Source of the DNA: Octopus sinensis
Lineage: Eukaryota
Assembly: GCF_006345805.1 (NCBI RefSeq)
Contig: NC_043003.1
Span: forward strand, 105,958,001-106,022,000
Reading direction: 5' to 3'
DNA: 64,000 nucleotides
Shown: positions 1 through 13,595 of the stretch, one piece after another
Position numbering within the stretch: the stretch's first letter is position 1
How the letters are laid out: every line of letters begins with the position of its first letter
Notes under the pieces: generated by a model
What the model saw: only the letters and a program-made list of their open reading frames with translations
Databases searched by the model: none
What the model was told of the DNA's origin: nothing
Position numbers and translations under genes: made by a program

Positions 1-719
1 GGGATTGGCATTTTATTTCTTTGTACTGCTGATTTGTTCTTCCCATGGGATTTTTCTTAGCTAACCTTTAAGAGTCGACGCTCGAACACACACGACGCAC
101 ACACACAGGCACACACACTCATATATATATAGTTAATCCAAAAAAGAAAACAAAATAAACGCAAGGACGTGGAACAAATAAAGTATTATTGGACGCTCAG
201 GAAAGAAGGGAAGAAGGAGATATATATACACACACACATCCACATCCACATCCACACACACACATGCATGCATACATACACATATATACACACACACACA
301 CACACATATATACACTTACATCTACCTACGTATATACACAGACGCTCGCATATACGGATATGTACGCGCACTCACATACCTACACTCGCATGCATATAGA
401 CACACAGATGCCCGTGTATGCATGCACACACACACACACACACACACTCACATACACATATATGAATATATGCACATACATACACTCGCACGCTTATACA
501 TACGCATATACATATGCATATACTCATGTGTGCATACACACACACTCATATATTTACTTATGTAGGTACATACATTCATGCATTATAAACACATGAAGAG
601 GCACACGTACGTATATGTAGAGAGCAATACAACCCGACAGAGGCACACATGGGTAGAGGCGAAGAAGAGAGGGAGAGAGTTCACTGAATTATCACTATTA
701 TTTCACATTGCTGAATCTG

Positions 720-2200
720 GAAAATGCATATTTGGCGCGATGGGGACATTTCGGTATTTTCTCACCATGCTTGTTTCCCAAATTTTCATTACTTAACAGG
801 ATGCACAAGGCTTCCTCAAGTCATAGGTCACATACGCCGGACAGTGTATTATATGGGTATGCATTTTTTATTATTAACCATTCTATTTCATATCTTATTT
901 TTCCTTCCTATAATCTCCATATTAGGTCCGCTAGCGATGCTGCATGTCACCGGCTTATCTTTCAGAATGTGGAGATATAGTTGCGATAACGGACCTTAAA
1001 TTGGTTTTCAGAGGCTCCTATGTTTTTGTATTGTGGCGATTGTGCATTTATATATGATGTTTTTTTGCATGCATTGGTTTCTTAGCGGACATACTGATTT
1101 CCTGCGACAGCTGCAATTATTTGTACTATCATTATTTTTGCAGTTATCTGGTAACCTTTTGTTTTTGTTTGTGTGATGTTCCGGTTGATTAGCAGTGTTC
1201 TTGATGTAGATCGTTTTGTTGATTGTTTTGAGTCTTTGTTTGAATACTATTATAACTATTGGCGTCGCTATCTATGTTTTTGGGATCCCTATTGTTTATT
1301 TTTGTTATTGTTCCTGTACCCTGTTTTGTTTTGATCGGTTTGTTTCTTGTCTGTGGTCGTTGTTCGCATATATATTTTTTATTGTTTTATTTGTGTATGT
1401 AGTACTCCATGTTGTTGGATGTGGCGTACGATACTTTCACTGTCTGCGCCTATCTAACACTGCAAGGAATTGTTTACTTATCGTTGATGATATTTGCAAT
1501 CCGAAAATTGGATTATACCACAGGACCACGGATTTTTGTATCTTTTGTTTGGTTTCTTTTGCCTATTTTGTGCGTCGCGTTTGCTATTATTGTTATTCTT
1601 TTGGGTTCTGTTTATTTTTTCTTATCTTTCCATTGTGTCTTGAGTTTTTGTGTTTTTATTGTTATGTATTTGTTGTTTTCGTTCATGTTGTGTGTGTTTT
1701 CTACTTTAGGTGTGTTGGTGTTAGTGTTATTTAGGCTTCGCTAGGTGTGAGCTTGATTTTTTTCTTATATCCAGCCCAAGCTAGTGCTTTATTGTAGTAA
1801 GGTGTATGTATGTTAAATATTGTCTCGGTGACTGATAGGCGTGATATTCTGGTGGCTAACCATTCCTTTGGTTATGGATGGTGGATGATTGGACTTTACA
1901 TTTATGTATCTAAGACACACCTTCGGTTTGTGGTATGGTTCATACATCCCTCTTTTTAAGCTAAAAGTAGCAGCTAGGAAATTTGCCTTACGGTAATTTC
2001 CGTCTATGGTTATAGATAGGTCAAAATTTAAAAATAATTTGTACAGTTTTTTTTTCTGTATCTCTCTATATCTACTTTAGCATAATTATCTATTACGAAA
2101 AGGGCATTTTCTCTTTATAGATCCCACCTCCGCTATTTGCGGGAATGAAGATTTGATGTGGAATAAGATGTAAGTTCCTACGATATCCGTAATCTGAGTT
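720..2200 (-). mobile_element. Degenerate Penelope-like element ORF remnant (RT thumb to GIY-YIG C-terminus)
   Basis: Minus-strand peptides YEPYHKPKVCLRYINVKSNHPPSI and IEWLIIKNAYPYNTLSGVCDL*LEEA...KCPHRAKYAF resemble PLE YRKP...SNHPP and CxLCLxEK...CxH motifs; stops and frameshifts. Confidence 0.7.
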
Positions 2201-2479
2201 GAGTCGCTCGAACCCATTGGTATATCGAATAAATTCGTTCAATCTGATCTCGTCCACAGTTTGTTGACGTTATTAATAACGGTGCAGTTAACATTATGCT
2301 TACATCTGACTTAGATAAGCTAGAATTTTTCATTGCAAATATGAGTGCTTTATTGAGTACTATAGAATTAATTGTGGAGCATTCATTATCTACGAAGAAC
2401 AAATAAATAAAATACCAATCCCTTTAAAACGGTAACCACTCTAACAGTACCAGAATCACCATCCCACTACATCTACACA

Positions 2480-2790
2480 TTCAAAGAAGTTTGCCAACGG
2501 CCCTTCAACAACAACAACAACAACACACCCTGATAAGCTCAGTGACTACTACTAATTTCAGGCCACGACAGACACAGAAGATGTTCCTGAAGCCGAGAAT
2601 TTTAAACTTACGTAGAAGATATATACATATCGCCTGAGGAAGCACGACTAGATCTCATACTGCAAAGAAACAGTTACATAATCAAATACTGCACACCTAG
2701 AGAACTACAGTGCGTGGAAACAATTGTAGAGATTTTAAAAAATGTCTACTTATACCCCTTCTTATTGACTCCAATTTTTCAATGATATAT
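2480..2790 (+). mobile_element. PLE 3' terminal (pLTR-like) segment, inverted relative to adjacent ORF remnant; carries hammerhead motif at 2629-2733
   Basis: Homologous to 57980-58262; CTGAGGA...GAAACAATTGTA; ends at (TA)n. Confidence 0.6.
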
Positions 2791-2989
2791 ATATATATAT
2801 ATAAATATACATATATGTATATAATATTTTCACGTACATAGGTAATTCTATGTAAGTCTTAGCGTAAAAAATGCAACGCACTCACACACACACAAACACA
2901 CACATACACACACATGACTCACACGTGTGCGTGTGCGCATGTTTGCTTGTGTTCGTGTCTGTGTTTAAGCCATGTCCCTTTATGTTCCA

Positions 2990-3506
2990 CTAGCAGTATC
3001 GCCCGGCGTTGCTCGGGTTTGTAAGGGAAATAACTATATAAGCATTTTTAGAGAGTTACTTCCCTTATAGATGCCAATTCGGGCTTTCTTAGCCATTTCT
3101 GTTTTGGTGTCTTCAAGCCATGAAGTTGTTGTTCTAAAAGAACGCTGGTCTCCTTGACAACGCATTACGACGTTGATTTCCTTAAACTCCCTTCCCCACA
3201 GCTTCACGAGGGAGGGAAGAAGGGGGAGAAGCAAACACAGGTGCAGGTGTTTGAGCGTGGACGCCAACTCCGCCGCCATCGACACACGAAAAATTATGCA
3301 TTAAAATGGAATAAAAAATGATGTTAAATTATTTTTAAAATCGTAGACTCATCGTAGACGCGCGCTAATAGCCAGACGGGCTCGATATTAATCACGACTA
3401 TAAGATACCCAAATTTGGTTAAACTGCACCGCAAAATGTGGGAGGAGTTAGGAATCTAAATCGAAGGGGACAGACACTCACACAACTACAGTTTTATATA
3501 TATAGA
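2990..3506 (-). mobile_element. Non-autonomous Helitron-like element
   Basis: Minus strand A|TC start, 3' GC-rich hairpin CCCGAGCAACGCCGGG then CTAG|T, no TSD; same 3' end as 53036-53422 and 59534-59921. Confidence 0.75.
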
Positions 3507-4703
3507 TAACTTAGCGGCCCAACACATAATCACCAGACTGAAATAATTACTGGATTCGATATGGTCAACACAACGTTGAAAGTTCGTCAGATGCGAAAGG
3601 GAAGACGAGCCACTATTGGCTAAAAACCATCAATGATCCCGTGCAGAAGATGTCAAGAAATAACGTCAAGCAAAGCTGGGGTTTCAGAGTTACTTGGGAT
3701 CCGAGAGATAACGTTAGAAGATAACGAAATGAAAGTCATTGAAACGAGGCACAACTTTAAGATGTTTGGTTATGTTAAATGCATTTGATGCCACGAAGAA
3801 AGTGTAAGAGATTTCTATAATTCAAACAAAAACGAGCTAAGAGAAATAACATTCATCTGAACATCATAGAGAAATACAGGTATATAAAATACCATACAAC
3901 ATAAATTCTTGGTTTATTAAAATTATCTCTACCTGTAGATGATGTGTCGTAATTACCAAATAGCAATTAAATCCGTCTTCACTTGAGAGCAGAGATTATC
4001 TCAGAAATCAAGGATTTTCTACAATTGAAATACAACCAAAGAAAAGGACAGGTTTGTTGTCTGGAGATAAGAGGACAACGGAGGACACGCGTTTGCGGCT
4101 CAGTAACAATCATGGAGACGACATTTGTCCGACCCCATCTCCTGTAATCAAGGGACTTAAACTGAAGTAAAGCAGAGTAGAATACATTTATGCCCCAGGT
4201 CTTAATTAAAATCTTGTTTACACCAAATTTCGCAACAATTCCCCGCTAAAAGATCAAAAGATCATTTCTCCCCGTGGGGTCTCCTTGCTACATTCAGACG
4301 CTTGTATTTCAGACGCTTGTACAATAAAATTCTGAATATAGAACTGACTACAACAATGACTGAAAAATACTTTCTGTCACATTTCACAGAAAGCTAACGT
4401 TTAGGAAACTCTGGTATAGAGTTTCCTTTGTTAGAACTCGAGGTTGTCTCGTTGCCACAAGAAGTTCTTTATTTCCAGATATAAAACTGCAGATGGCTCT
4501 CAAGCTGAACATTAGGAGGGACATTGTTGCATTGTTATGATGCGCATATTTATGTAAAGTTAGAATAATAGGTTCTCACGACGCCGCCATGGAAACAATA
4601 TGGTTTTTAAAACTTCACCTAGATACAGCCTGGGAACTGCATTTCTATACATACATACATACATACATACATACATACATACATACAAATCTGTACATAT
4701 ACG

Positions 4704-4739
<36 letters not shown>

Positions 4740-5291
4740 TATATATTCATACATACATACAAATCTGTACATATACATACACACATACATACATACATAC
4801 ATGCATACATACATACATACATACATACATACATACATACATAGAGGCATACATACACACATGCATATACATACAAGCAAAAATACCCTGTTGTTGATGT
4901 TGAAATTTCAATGACGGAGCCTTGAATCTAGGTTAGAAACCGGCTCTTTCTCTATTGGCAAGAACACTTCATTTCCCATTACACTACAATTATATCACAC
5001 CACGCATGTGTACAAGCAATACTAACCTGATGGGGGTGGGGAATGATGGTGTGGACAGCAAAAGCATCTGATCGCTGGAAGCAAACCATCTTTGAAGGTT
5101 GTTCAACAAGAAATTATGCAAATCTCATCAGTCATTTCTGCATGTATGTTTGTATACGTATGTATGTAAGTATGTTTGTATTTATATGTGTATGTGTGCG
5201 TGTGTATGTATGTATGCATGTATGTATACATGTATGTATGTATGCATATATGCGTGTGTGTGTGTATGCATGTATTTATGCATATATATAA

Positions 5292-5619
5292 GGAGCACTC
5301 CGTCGGTTACGACGACGACGGGTGTCCAGCTGATCCGATCAACAGAACTGCTTGCTCGTGAAATTAATGTGCAAGTGGCTGAGCACTCCACAGACACGTT
5401 TACCCTTAACGTAGTTCTCGGGGAGATTCAGCGCAATACTGAGTGTGACAAGGACGGTCCTTTGTAATACAAGTGCTGCTTATTTTTGCCAGCTGAGTGG
5501 ACTGGAGCAACGTTAAATAAAGTATCTTGCTCAAGGACACAAGGCGTCACCGGGAATCGAACTCACGACCTTTACGATCGTGAGCCGAATGCCCTAACCA
5601 CTAAGCCACGCGACTTCAC
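5292..5619 (-). mobile_element. tRNA-derived SINE (family D; further copies at ~23128-23425 minus, ~48456-48762 plus)
   Basis: Box A TGGCTTAGTGG, box B GTTCGATTCC, shared body and tail CGTCGTAACCGACGGAGTGC. Confidence 0.8.
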
Positions 5620-5692
5620 ATGTACATATGTATGCATGCATGTATGTATGTTGCTGGAGGTGTTTCACTGTGCAGGTATTTAAGTTGGAAAT

Positions 5693-5930
5693 AAGGCGGC
5701 GAGCTGGCAGAAACGTTAGCGCGCCGGGCGAAATGCTTAGCGGTATTTCGTCTGTCGTTACGTTCTGAGTTCAAATTCCGCCGAGGTCGACTTTGCCTTT
5801 CATCCTTTCGGGGTCGATTAAATAAGTACCAGTTACAAACTGGGATCGATGTAATCGACTGAATACCTATGTCTGTCCTTGTTTATCCCCTCTATGTTTA
5901 GCCCCTTGTGGGAAATAAAGAAATAGGTAT
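5693..5930 (+). mobile_element. tRNA-derived SINE with Meta/MESC-like core (family A)
   Basis: GGCGGCGAGCTGGCAGAA head, GTTCAAATTCC box B, core GACTTTGCCTTTCATCCTTTCGGGGTCGAT-AAATAAGTACCAG repeated more than 15 times in the window. Confidence 0.85.
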
Positions 5931-5979
5931 TTAAGTTGGAATGAGCTTCGTCCCACTATTGTTTTTACCGCTTCACTCC

Positions 5980-6385
5980 TAGGCGTAGGAGTGGCTGTGT
6001 GGTAAGTAGCTTGCTAACCAACCACAGGGTTCCGGGTTCATTCCCACTGCGTGGCACCTTGGGTAAGTGTCTTCTACTATAGCCTCGGGCCGACCAAAGC
6101 CTTGTGAGTGGATTTGGTAGACGGAAACTGAAAGAAGCCCGTCGTATATATGTATATATGTATATATATGTGTGTGCGTGTTTGTGTGTCTGTGTTTGTC
6201 CCCCCCAACATCGCTTGACAACCGATGCTGTTGTGTTTACGTCCCCGTAACTTAGCGGTTCGGCAAAAGAGACCGATAGAATAAGCACTAGGCTTACAAA
6301 GAATAAGTCCTGGGGTCGATTTGCTCGACTAAAAGGTGGTGCTCCAGCATGGCCACAGTCAAATGACTGAAACAAGTAAAAGAGT
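5980..6385 (+). mobile_element. tRNA-derived SINE with internal (TA/TG)n (family B)
   Basis: TGGCTGTGTGGTAAG...GGTTCA-TCCC head, tail CAAATGACTGAAACAAGTAAAAGA; copies at ~8981-9545, 10683-11082, 45735-46225 and partials at ~9700-9860, 25680-25830, 26565-26720, 31870-32090. Confidence 0.85.
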
Positions 6386-6939
6386 ATGTATCCGATTGAA
6401 GGGTCATCTCGGGCTTTTTCATAACACCGAAGCAAATCTTGGTTTAGTTGTTGAGACCAAATAAAAATGAGAAGAGAAACTTACGTCTTCTTAAATAAAC
6501 TTACTGGTGAAGTGCTTTTGTTTCCATCGGTGTTGACGTTATTAGTTTCATCAGTGCTGGAGTTAGTTTCAGCCAGAATCGTGTTAGCAAGATTCCACGT
6601 GCTGCAGATATATATGTGGAAATCGGTTCAGGATAACGCCACGTTGGTGAGTAAAAGGTGTTTCTCTTGTTAATCATTGGAGAAATAAACCAGTCACCGA
6701 TTTAGGCTCGGGAGGTCAGCATATTTTAAAAGGTCCTCTTCCCCTGCACGTCCGATGTTGACTGCGCCATTATGTATGTATGTATGTATGTATGTATGTA
6801 TGTATGTATGTATGTATGTATGTATGTATGCGTGTATGTGTGTATATATGTATCTGTGTGTGTGTGTATGTATCTCTATGTATGTATGTATGTATGTATG
6901 TATGTATGTATGTATGTATGTATGCATGCAAGTATTATG

Positions 6940-6972
<33 letters not shown>

Positions 6973-7089
6973 TGTATGTATGTATGTGTGTGTGTGTGTG
7001 TGTGGTGTGTGTGTGTGTGTGCAGATTTGTATGCTTTATGTATGTATCCTCATGCATATAGTTGCATATCTAGACATGTTCTTATATAT

Positions 7090-7810
7090 CTCAATGATAA
7101 ACTTCTGGAAAGTTTTACAGATTTTTACAGTTCCAGTGATGGATTGGATCTGTAGTCTTCGAATTAGCTTTCTCTTTTCTGGTTTTAAGAAGCCTAATTT
7201 CTCAAGATTGGTATTTAGGCAGTGTGTTACATATCCCAGGGCTCCAATAATTACAGGTATAAACATGAACTTGTAATCTGGATAGAATAACAGCAGATTT
7301 CTCAATAGTTCATTATAGGTGTTCTCTTTTCCACTGATCTTCAGCTTTATTTTAACATCCGCTGGACAACTAATTTCCACAACTGTGCACAATTTCTCTT
7401 GTCTATCCCAAATCAGGTCCGTTGTGCTTACATTTTATTGAGGTCTTCATTGGTACATTCAATCACTATTCCTTTTTATTATTATGAGTGGCTATGGCTT
7501 CTACCATATTGTGGGGTTCTTATTTCTTTGTCCTCGAGATTATCCTTCCGACGATTTCATTATAGAGTGTCCTAGCTACAGCATCATGTCTCATCGATAG
7601 ATAATACCATGATGACATTTTCGGACAAATGCTTATGATGTGGGTCATTCTAAGGCTTTTCCCGCATATCTATCCCTTTTGTGCATCAGGTACTTGGTTG
7701 ATATTTCCTGTTTCTGGATTGCAAACACATGTCCTTCAAAGCGGGAGGTAGTAATCCGGCTATTTGTCCATGATAAACTGCTTTGATGATCGATGTTACT
7801 ATTATTACGA
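7090..7810 (-). mobile_element. R4/Dong/NeSL-type (restriction-like endonuclease) LINE 3' fragment
   Basis: HIISICPKMS..RHDAVA, VVEISCPAD, FIPVIIGALG motifs; flanked by (TATG)n. Confidence 0.8.
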
Positions 7811-7878
7811 AGCTTTCTACTAACATGTATTTATGTATGTATGTATGTATGTATGTATGAACATAGAGGTATAAATAT

Positions 7879-8535
7879 AAGGCGGCGAGCTGGCAGAAAC
7901 GTTAGCATGCCGGGCGAAATGCTTTGCGGTGTTTCGTCTGTCGTTACGTTTTGAGTTCAAATTCCGCCGAGGTCGACTTTGCCTTTCATCCTTTCGGGGT
8001 CGATTAAATAAGTACCAGTTACGCACTGAGGTCGATATAATCGACTTACTCCCTTTGTCTGTCCTTGTTTGTCCTCTCTGTGTTTAGCCCCTTGTGGGTA
8101 GTAAAGAAATAGGTGTTTCGTTTGCCGTTACGTTCTGAGTTCAAATTCCACTGAGGTCGACTTTGCATTCATCCTTTCGAGGTCGATAGATTAAGTACCA
8201 GTTGCGTACTGGGGTCGATGTAATCGACTGGTTCCCTCCCCAAAAATTTCGGGCCTTGTGCCTAAAGTAGAAAAGATTATTTTTGTCCTTCATCTTTTGT
8301 GTTTCTTGTGAAAAGCAGATAAAGGTGGAAAGCTGGCAGACTCGTTAGCACGCCGGCCGACACGCTTAGCGGTATTTCGTCTGCCTCTACGTTCTGAGTT
8401 CAAATTCCACCGAAGTCGACTTTGCCTTTTATCCTTTTGGGGTCGATAAATTTAATACTAGTTGCGTACTGGAGTCGATCTAATTGACTGTCCCCTCCCC
8501 CCAAATTTCAGGCCTTGTGCCTATAATAGAGAGGC
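7879..8535 (+). mobile_element. Tandem cluster of family A SINEs
   Basis: Three repeats of the family A core. Confidence 0.85.
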
Positions 8536-8980
8536 TACTTCAAAAGCACGTATAATTGCTACAATTACTTTTATTCAATCTTATAATCTGTTTACGGGAA
8601 TACTTTTCTTTATATTATGTTGTCAAAGAAAGTATATGAGTATGACTTTCTTGTTTCCGTGAAGATTTGGTCTTCCTTAATTCTTTCCAACCACCGGAAT
8701 ATTTCCCAATTTATTACGTTGATGTAGTTTTGCGTACGAAAATCACATTCATTTTTGTCTACAACTTAACAATAAAAATGTTACAAGCCTCTCAGAATTA
8801 TGTGATGTTAGCTAATCGGAAAAATCCATTGCCGACATACCAGAAGTCGTTTCCATGGGAACAAATTTAACATTATGTGACTCGATGTGCGTGCGTATGT
8901 GTGTGGGAACGTGACATATAGTTACGTGAGTGTCGATGCTTCTGGTTTTATATTTTAGCTTTGTATACAGGCGTGGCTTT

Positions 8981-9145
8981 AGGCGCAGGCGTGGGTGTGT
9001 GGTAAGAAGCTTGCTTCCCAACCACATGGTTCCGGGTTCAGTCACACTGCATGGTACCTTGGCAAATGTCTTCTACTATAGCCTCGGGCTGACCAAAGCC
9101 TTGTGAGTGGATTTGATAGACGGAAACTGAAAGAAGCCTGTCGTA

Positions 9146-9191
<46 letters not shown>

Positions 9192-9545
9192 CGTGTGTCT
9201 GTGTTTTCAAGAAGTTACAAAACTGCTAAAATCGGCAGTGAATTTTAATTTTCCTGTGCAGATATGTGTGCATAAGACTATCAAATTATTGCACAGGGGT
9301 TCCCCGAGCCAGTGGAATGTTTGCTTGGGGTTCCGCTCCAGCAAAAAGTTTGAAAAGCACTGGTCCACCGACCATCGCTTGACAACCGATGTTGGTGTGT
9401 TTACGTCCCCGTAGCATTAACGGTTCGGCAAAAGCGACCGTTAGAATAAGTACTAGGTTTGCAAAGAATAAGTCCTCGGGTTTTTCGTTCGACTAAAGGC
9501 GGTGATCTAGCATGGCCGCAGTCAAATGACTGAAACAAATAAAAT
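8981..9545 (+). mobile_element. Family B SINE interrupted by ~160-bp insertion (about 9205-9367)
   Basis: Head and tail match 5980-6385. Confidence 0.75.
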
Positions 9546-9849
9546 GAAAATAAAATGTAATATCTATAGACCTAGTTATTGATACTTAAAGTCAATAGTT
9601 CAGCATAGATTGACCGAGGTACCAAGGACCCATGTCCTCTATATCGACCGTTTAACGAAAGTTTTAAAATACAAAGAAAAGAACTAAACAATGGTCAGTT
9701 TATCTTGTATTTGGACTGCGGCCATGCGGGGGCAACGCCTTGTAGAGTTTTAGCTGGACAAATCGACTTTGATACTTATTTATTATTTAAGTCTTTTATT
9801 TATTTTGTCGGCCATTTTTGCCGGTCGCCCAGCAGTGAGGGGGGGGGGG

Positions 9850-10310
9850 ACAAACACAAAGGCACACACACACACACATGCGCGCACACACACACAGACA
9901 TACACACACACACACACTTGCATACACAGACACAAAGACACAAAGACACATACACACACACACACACACACATGCGCGCACATACATGCGCGCACACACA
10001 CACAGACACACACACATACAGAGACAGACACACACACACACACACTTGCATACACAGACATACAGACACAGAGAGACATACACACACACATGCACACAGA
10101 CACAGACACACACACACACACGCGCGCGCACACAGACACACGCGCGCACACAGACACACGCGCGCGCACACAGACACACGCATTTGCATACACAGACACA
10201 CACACAGACACACAGACACAGACAGACAAACACCCACACCCACACCCACGCACACACATACCCACGCGCGCACACACTCACGGACACACTCAAAAATGCA
10301 TACACCCACG
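9850..10310. repeat. Compound (CA)n/(CAGA)n microsatellite
   Basis: Direct inspection; source of spurious His/Thr and Val/Cys ORFs. Confidence 0.95.
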
Positions 10311-10682
10311 TGTTGTAGGTTTCGAGGTTAAACTTCTTTCACAGTCTTACTCAGGTGAACATTGACAAATTGTCGAAGCGATAACGACTGATCTGTGCGT
10401 GGACACTTGACGAACGAGAGCCTCTTGTAAACACGGCTCAAAGTACACTTAGAATTGGTGGATGGTCATTAAGGCTTAGCAGAGTGGCAAGAGAAGAATG
10501 GAGGAGAGAAATTTAAAGATATCACTGACTGAGGAACGAAAAAGGCAGCGAGGGAGGGAGGGAGGGAAAAAAGAAAGGGGGTGTGTGTGAGTGATAGATG
10601 TACTGAACTACTTTCTGATAACGATTCCTATCTCTTTGACTGATGTACATACATACATACATACATACATACAACTCTCTCT

Positions 10683-11082
10683 CTTTTACTCTTTTACTTG
10701 TTTCAGTCATTTGACTGCGGCCATGCTGGAGCACCGCCTTTAGTCTAGCAAATCGACCCCGGGACTTATACTTTGTAAGCCCAGTACTTATTCTATCGGT
10801 CTCTTTTTGCCGAACCGCTAAGTGACGGGGACGTAAACATACCAGCATCGGTTGTCAGGCAATGCTAGGGGGACAAACACAGACACACAAACACGTACAC
10901 ACACATATATATACATATATACGACATGCTTCTTTCAGTTTCCGTCTACCAAATCCATTCACAAGGCATTGGTCGGCCCGGGGCTATAGCAGAAGACACT
11001 TGCCCAAGATGCCACGCAGTGGGACTGAACCCGGAACCATGTGGCTGGTTAGCAAGCTACTTACCACACAGCCACTCCTGCG
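10683..11082 (-). mobile_element. Family B SINE, full length
   Basis: Reverse complement of 5980-6385. Confidence 0.85.
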
Positions 11083-11205
11083 TCTGTATGTATGTATGTA
11101 TGTATGTATGTATGTATGTATGTATGTATGTATGTATGTATGTATGTATGCATGTATGTATGTATGTGTGTATGTATGTATGTATGTATGTATGTATGTA
11201 TGTAG

Positions 11206-11595
11206 TGGAGGCGCAATGGCCCAGTGGTTAGGGCAGCGGACTCGCGGTCATAGGATCGCGGTTTCGATTCCCAGACCGGGCGTTGTGAGTGTTTATTGAG
11301 CGAAAACACCTAAAGCTCCACGAGGCTCCGGCAGGGGATGGTGGTAAACCCTGCTGTACTCTTTCACCACAACTTCCTCTCACTGTTTCTTCCTGTTTCT
11401 GTTGTACCTGTATTTCAAGGGGCCGGCCTTGTCACTCTCTGTGTCACGCTGAATATCCCCGAGAACTACGTTAAGGCTACACGTGTCTGTGGAGTGCTCA
11501 GCCATTTACACGTTAATTTCACGAGCAGGCTGTTCCGTTGATTCGGATCAACCGGAATCCTCGTCGTCGAAACCGACGGAGTGCTTCCATCCCAT

Positions 11596-11657
<62 letters not shown>

Positions 11658-11770
11658 TGGTCTGCTCGCTTAGCCAGCGGGGTGGCGTCATTTGAAGGCT
11701 AAAACAATGCGAAGCGCATTGTGACCAACGATGTGTAGCAACATCTGATAGCCTGGTCGGTCAAGGTGAT
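11206..11770 (+). mobile_element. Family C SINE with nested family D tail and (TA)n
   Basis: Head matches 25921-26090, final part matches 26095-26200, middle matches 3' half of family D. Confidence 0.75.
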
Positions 11771-12180
11771 ATATATATATATAATTGAATTAATAATAAT
11801 ATACATATGTATATAATTATATTAAGAAGGGAGCAAGGGCGAAAACGACCTATCTTCAACATGCTAGAAGTGCCGAGACCTTCAAAAGACCACCAAAAAA
11901 TCCAGATAAATATACACATGGCCGAAAGCAGGCTAGTCAAAGAATAGTAAAAAGATCTCACGTTAAATGTGAATTGGTTCCAATTTCCGGATGAAAACCA
12001 TAAGCAGACTTACTTCCTTCGTCAACACAATACACGGAGAGACATAAATAGAAATAATTGTACATACCGTACAAAGGAGATTGACACGTCTACATACAAC
12101 TATTTGCACGTATAGATCCAAGATAAGGGAATTTAAAATACCCTCACGACAGCCACGTGTATTCTTATAATTGCATATAT

Positions 12181-12222
<42 letters not shown>

Positions 12223-12541
12223 ATACAAATAAAAAAAATGGGGAAACAAATTTAGTTTGTTCAACTTTCGGATATTAAAATGTTGAATTATTTGTTCATT
12301 TAATAAAATGAGAACCTTGATAGCATTATATCTTATAATTCAATACATATAAGATAAGAATACAAATTATAAATTATTGAAATCATTAAAATCACTTCTT
12401 ACAGCTGTTTCAGCTGTAAAAAGTAGTTATTTAAATTTTTATTGCCTATAGTTGTCAATATATTGAGGTTGTAGGAATTTAAAAATAGGGTACTTATATA
12501 TATAACCACAGGCTTCGTCAGAGGTTATATGGAACTTTAAA

Positions 12542-12592
<51 letters not shown>

Positions 12593-12789
12593 CATATTGA
12601 TATATTTGGTTTAAATGATGCAAAAAGCGACGACACCGTTGAGGGAACAAGAAACAAGATATATTAGTTTGACGCTCAAGAAAAATAGAAGTCTTTGACG
12701 TTTCGAGCCGACGCTCTTCTGCAAAAAGGAATGAAGAGAGAAAAGATGGAAAGATGTACAAAACAGAAATCAGATCTGAGCTAGAAAGT

Positions 12790-13030
12790 TACACCTTTGT
12801 TATCAACTAACAAGATAATAACTACTGAAAACCTGATCAAGAAGAGAGGTAAGAATGCTTCTAGATATCAACTTTGTGATAAAAACTGTCGATTGTGACA
12901 TACCAGTATGGCGGCAAGTATCCTTCATATCAACAGGAACTGTCCAAAAATGTCTGCAAGGCACCATCTTCCCATGCAACATGACGTTGTTGCTAGGATG
13001 GTCTATGATGCTATGAGCAGGAAGCATTGT
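12790..13030 (+). mobile_element. R4/NeSL-type LINE CCHC-region fragment
   Basis: NCRL*...HINRNCPKMSARHHLPMQHDVVARMVY resembles the peptide at ~7560-7650. Confidence 0.55.
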
Positions 13031-13059
13031 CTAGACGGCTAAATCGTTATTTGTAAACG

Positions 13060-13595
13060 AGAATGTATCCCGGAGCTTGGCAGACATGCAGCTCACATCC
13101 AAATCTTCAGTGATAATGGACTGAACTGAACCGTAACTAATCTGCACATCCTCTGATAACTCACGGATGGTGATCCGACGATTTCCCCTCACAGCTGCAT
13201 GCACATCTGCAATGGTTTTCTCAGTTCTGCTAGTTGAGGGTCTCACAGAACGTTTGTCAATATCGACATTTTTTCGGCCATCTTGGAAACGTCTGAACCA
13301 CTCGTACCCTTGTGTGCCGCTCATACACTCCTCTCCATTCACTTTCTGCCACTTTGCGTAGGCCTCTGAACAGGTATCGCTGTGACAACTTTCTCTATCA
13401 TGGTCAATGCGATAATCACACGCTACACACCTTCCTTCCAAGCACTGCTGTAAACAGCGAAAGTGAGCTAGAACGTTCAAACTTAGTGCGCATGCACAGC
13501 AGAGTTCAAGGTCAATCTTTGCCAAGCGGCTTTACTTTGTGTTCTTTAGCTTCGTTACTAGGGTAAGTGTCCGGATACTTATTGATCAGACCTCG
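13060..13595 (-). mobile_element. Mariner transposon 5' fragment (TIR plus HTH domain)
   Basis: TA|CGAGGTCTGATCAATAAGTATCCGGAC terminal repeat; YEWFRRFQDGRKNVDIDKRSVRPST...NRRITIRELSEDVQISYGSVQSII. Confidence 0.85.

Noticed and set aside
1216-1744. Hydrophobic ORFs resembling membrane proteins
   Set aside because: Antisense of an A/C-rich degenerate Penelope ORF
4905-4950. Hammerhead-like ATGACGG...GAAACCGGCTC
   Set aside because: Core and stem I too degenerate to support
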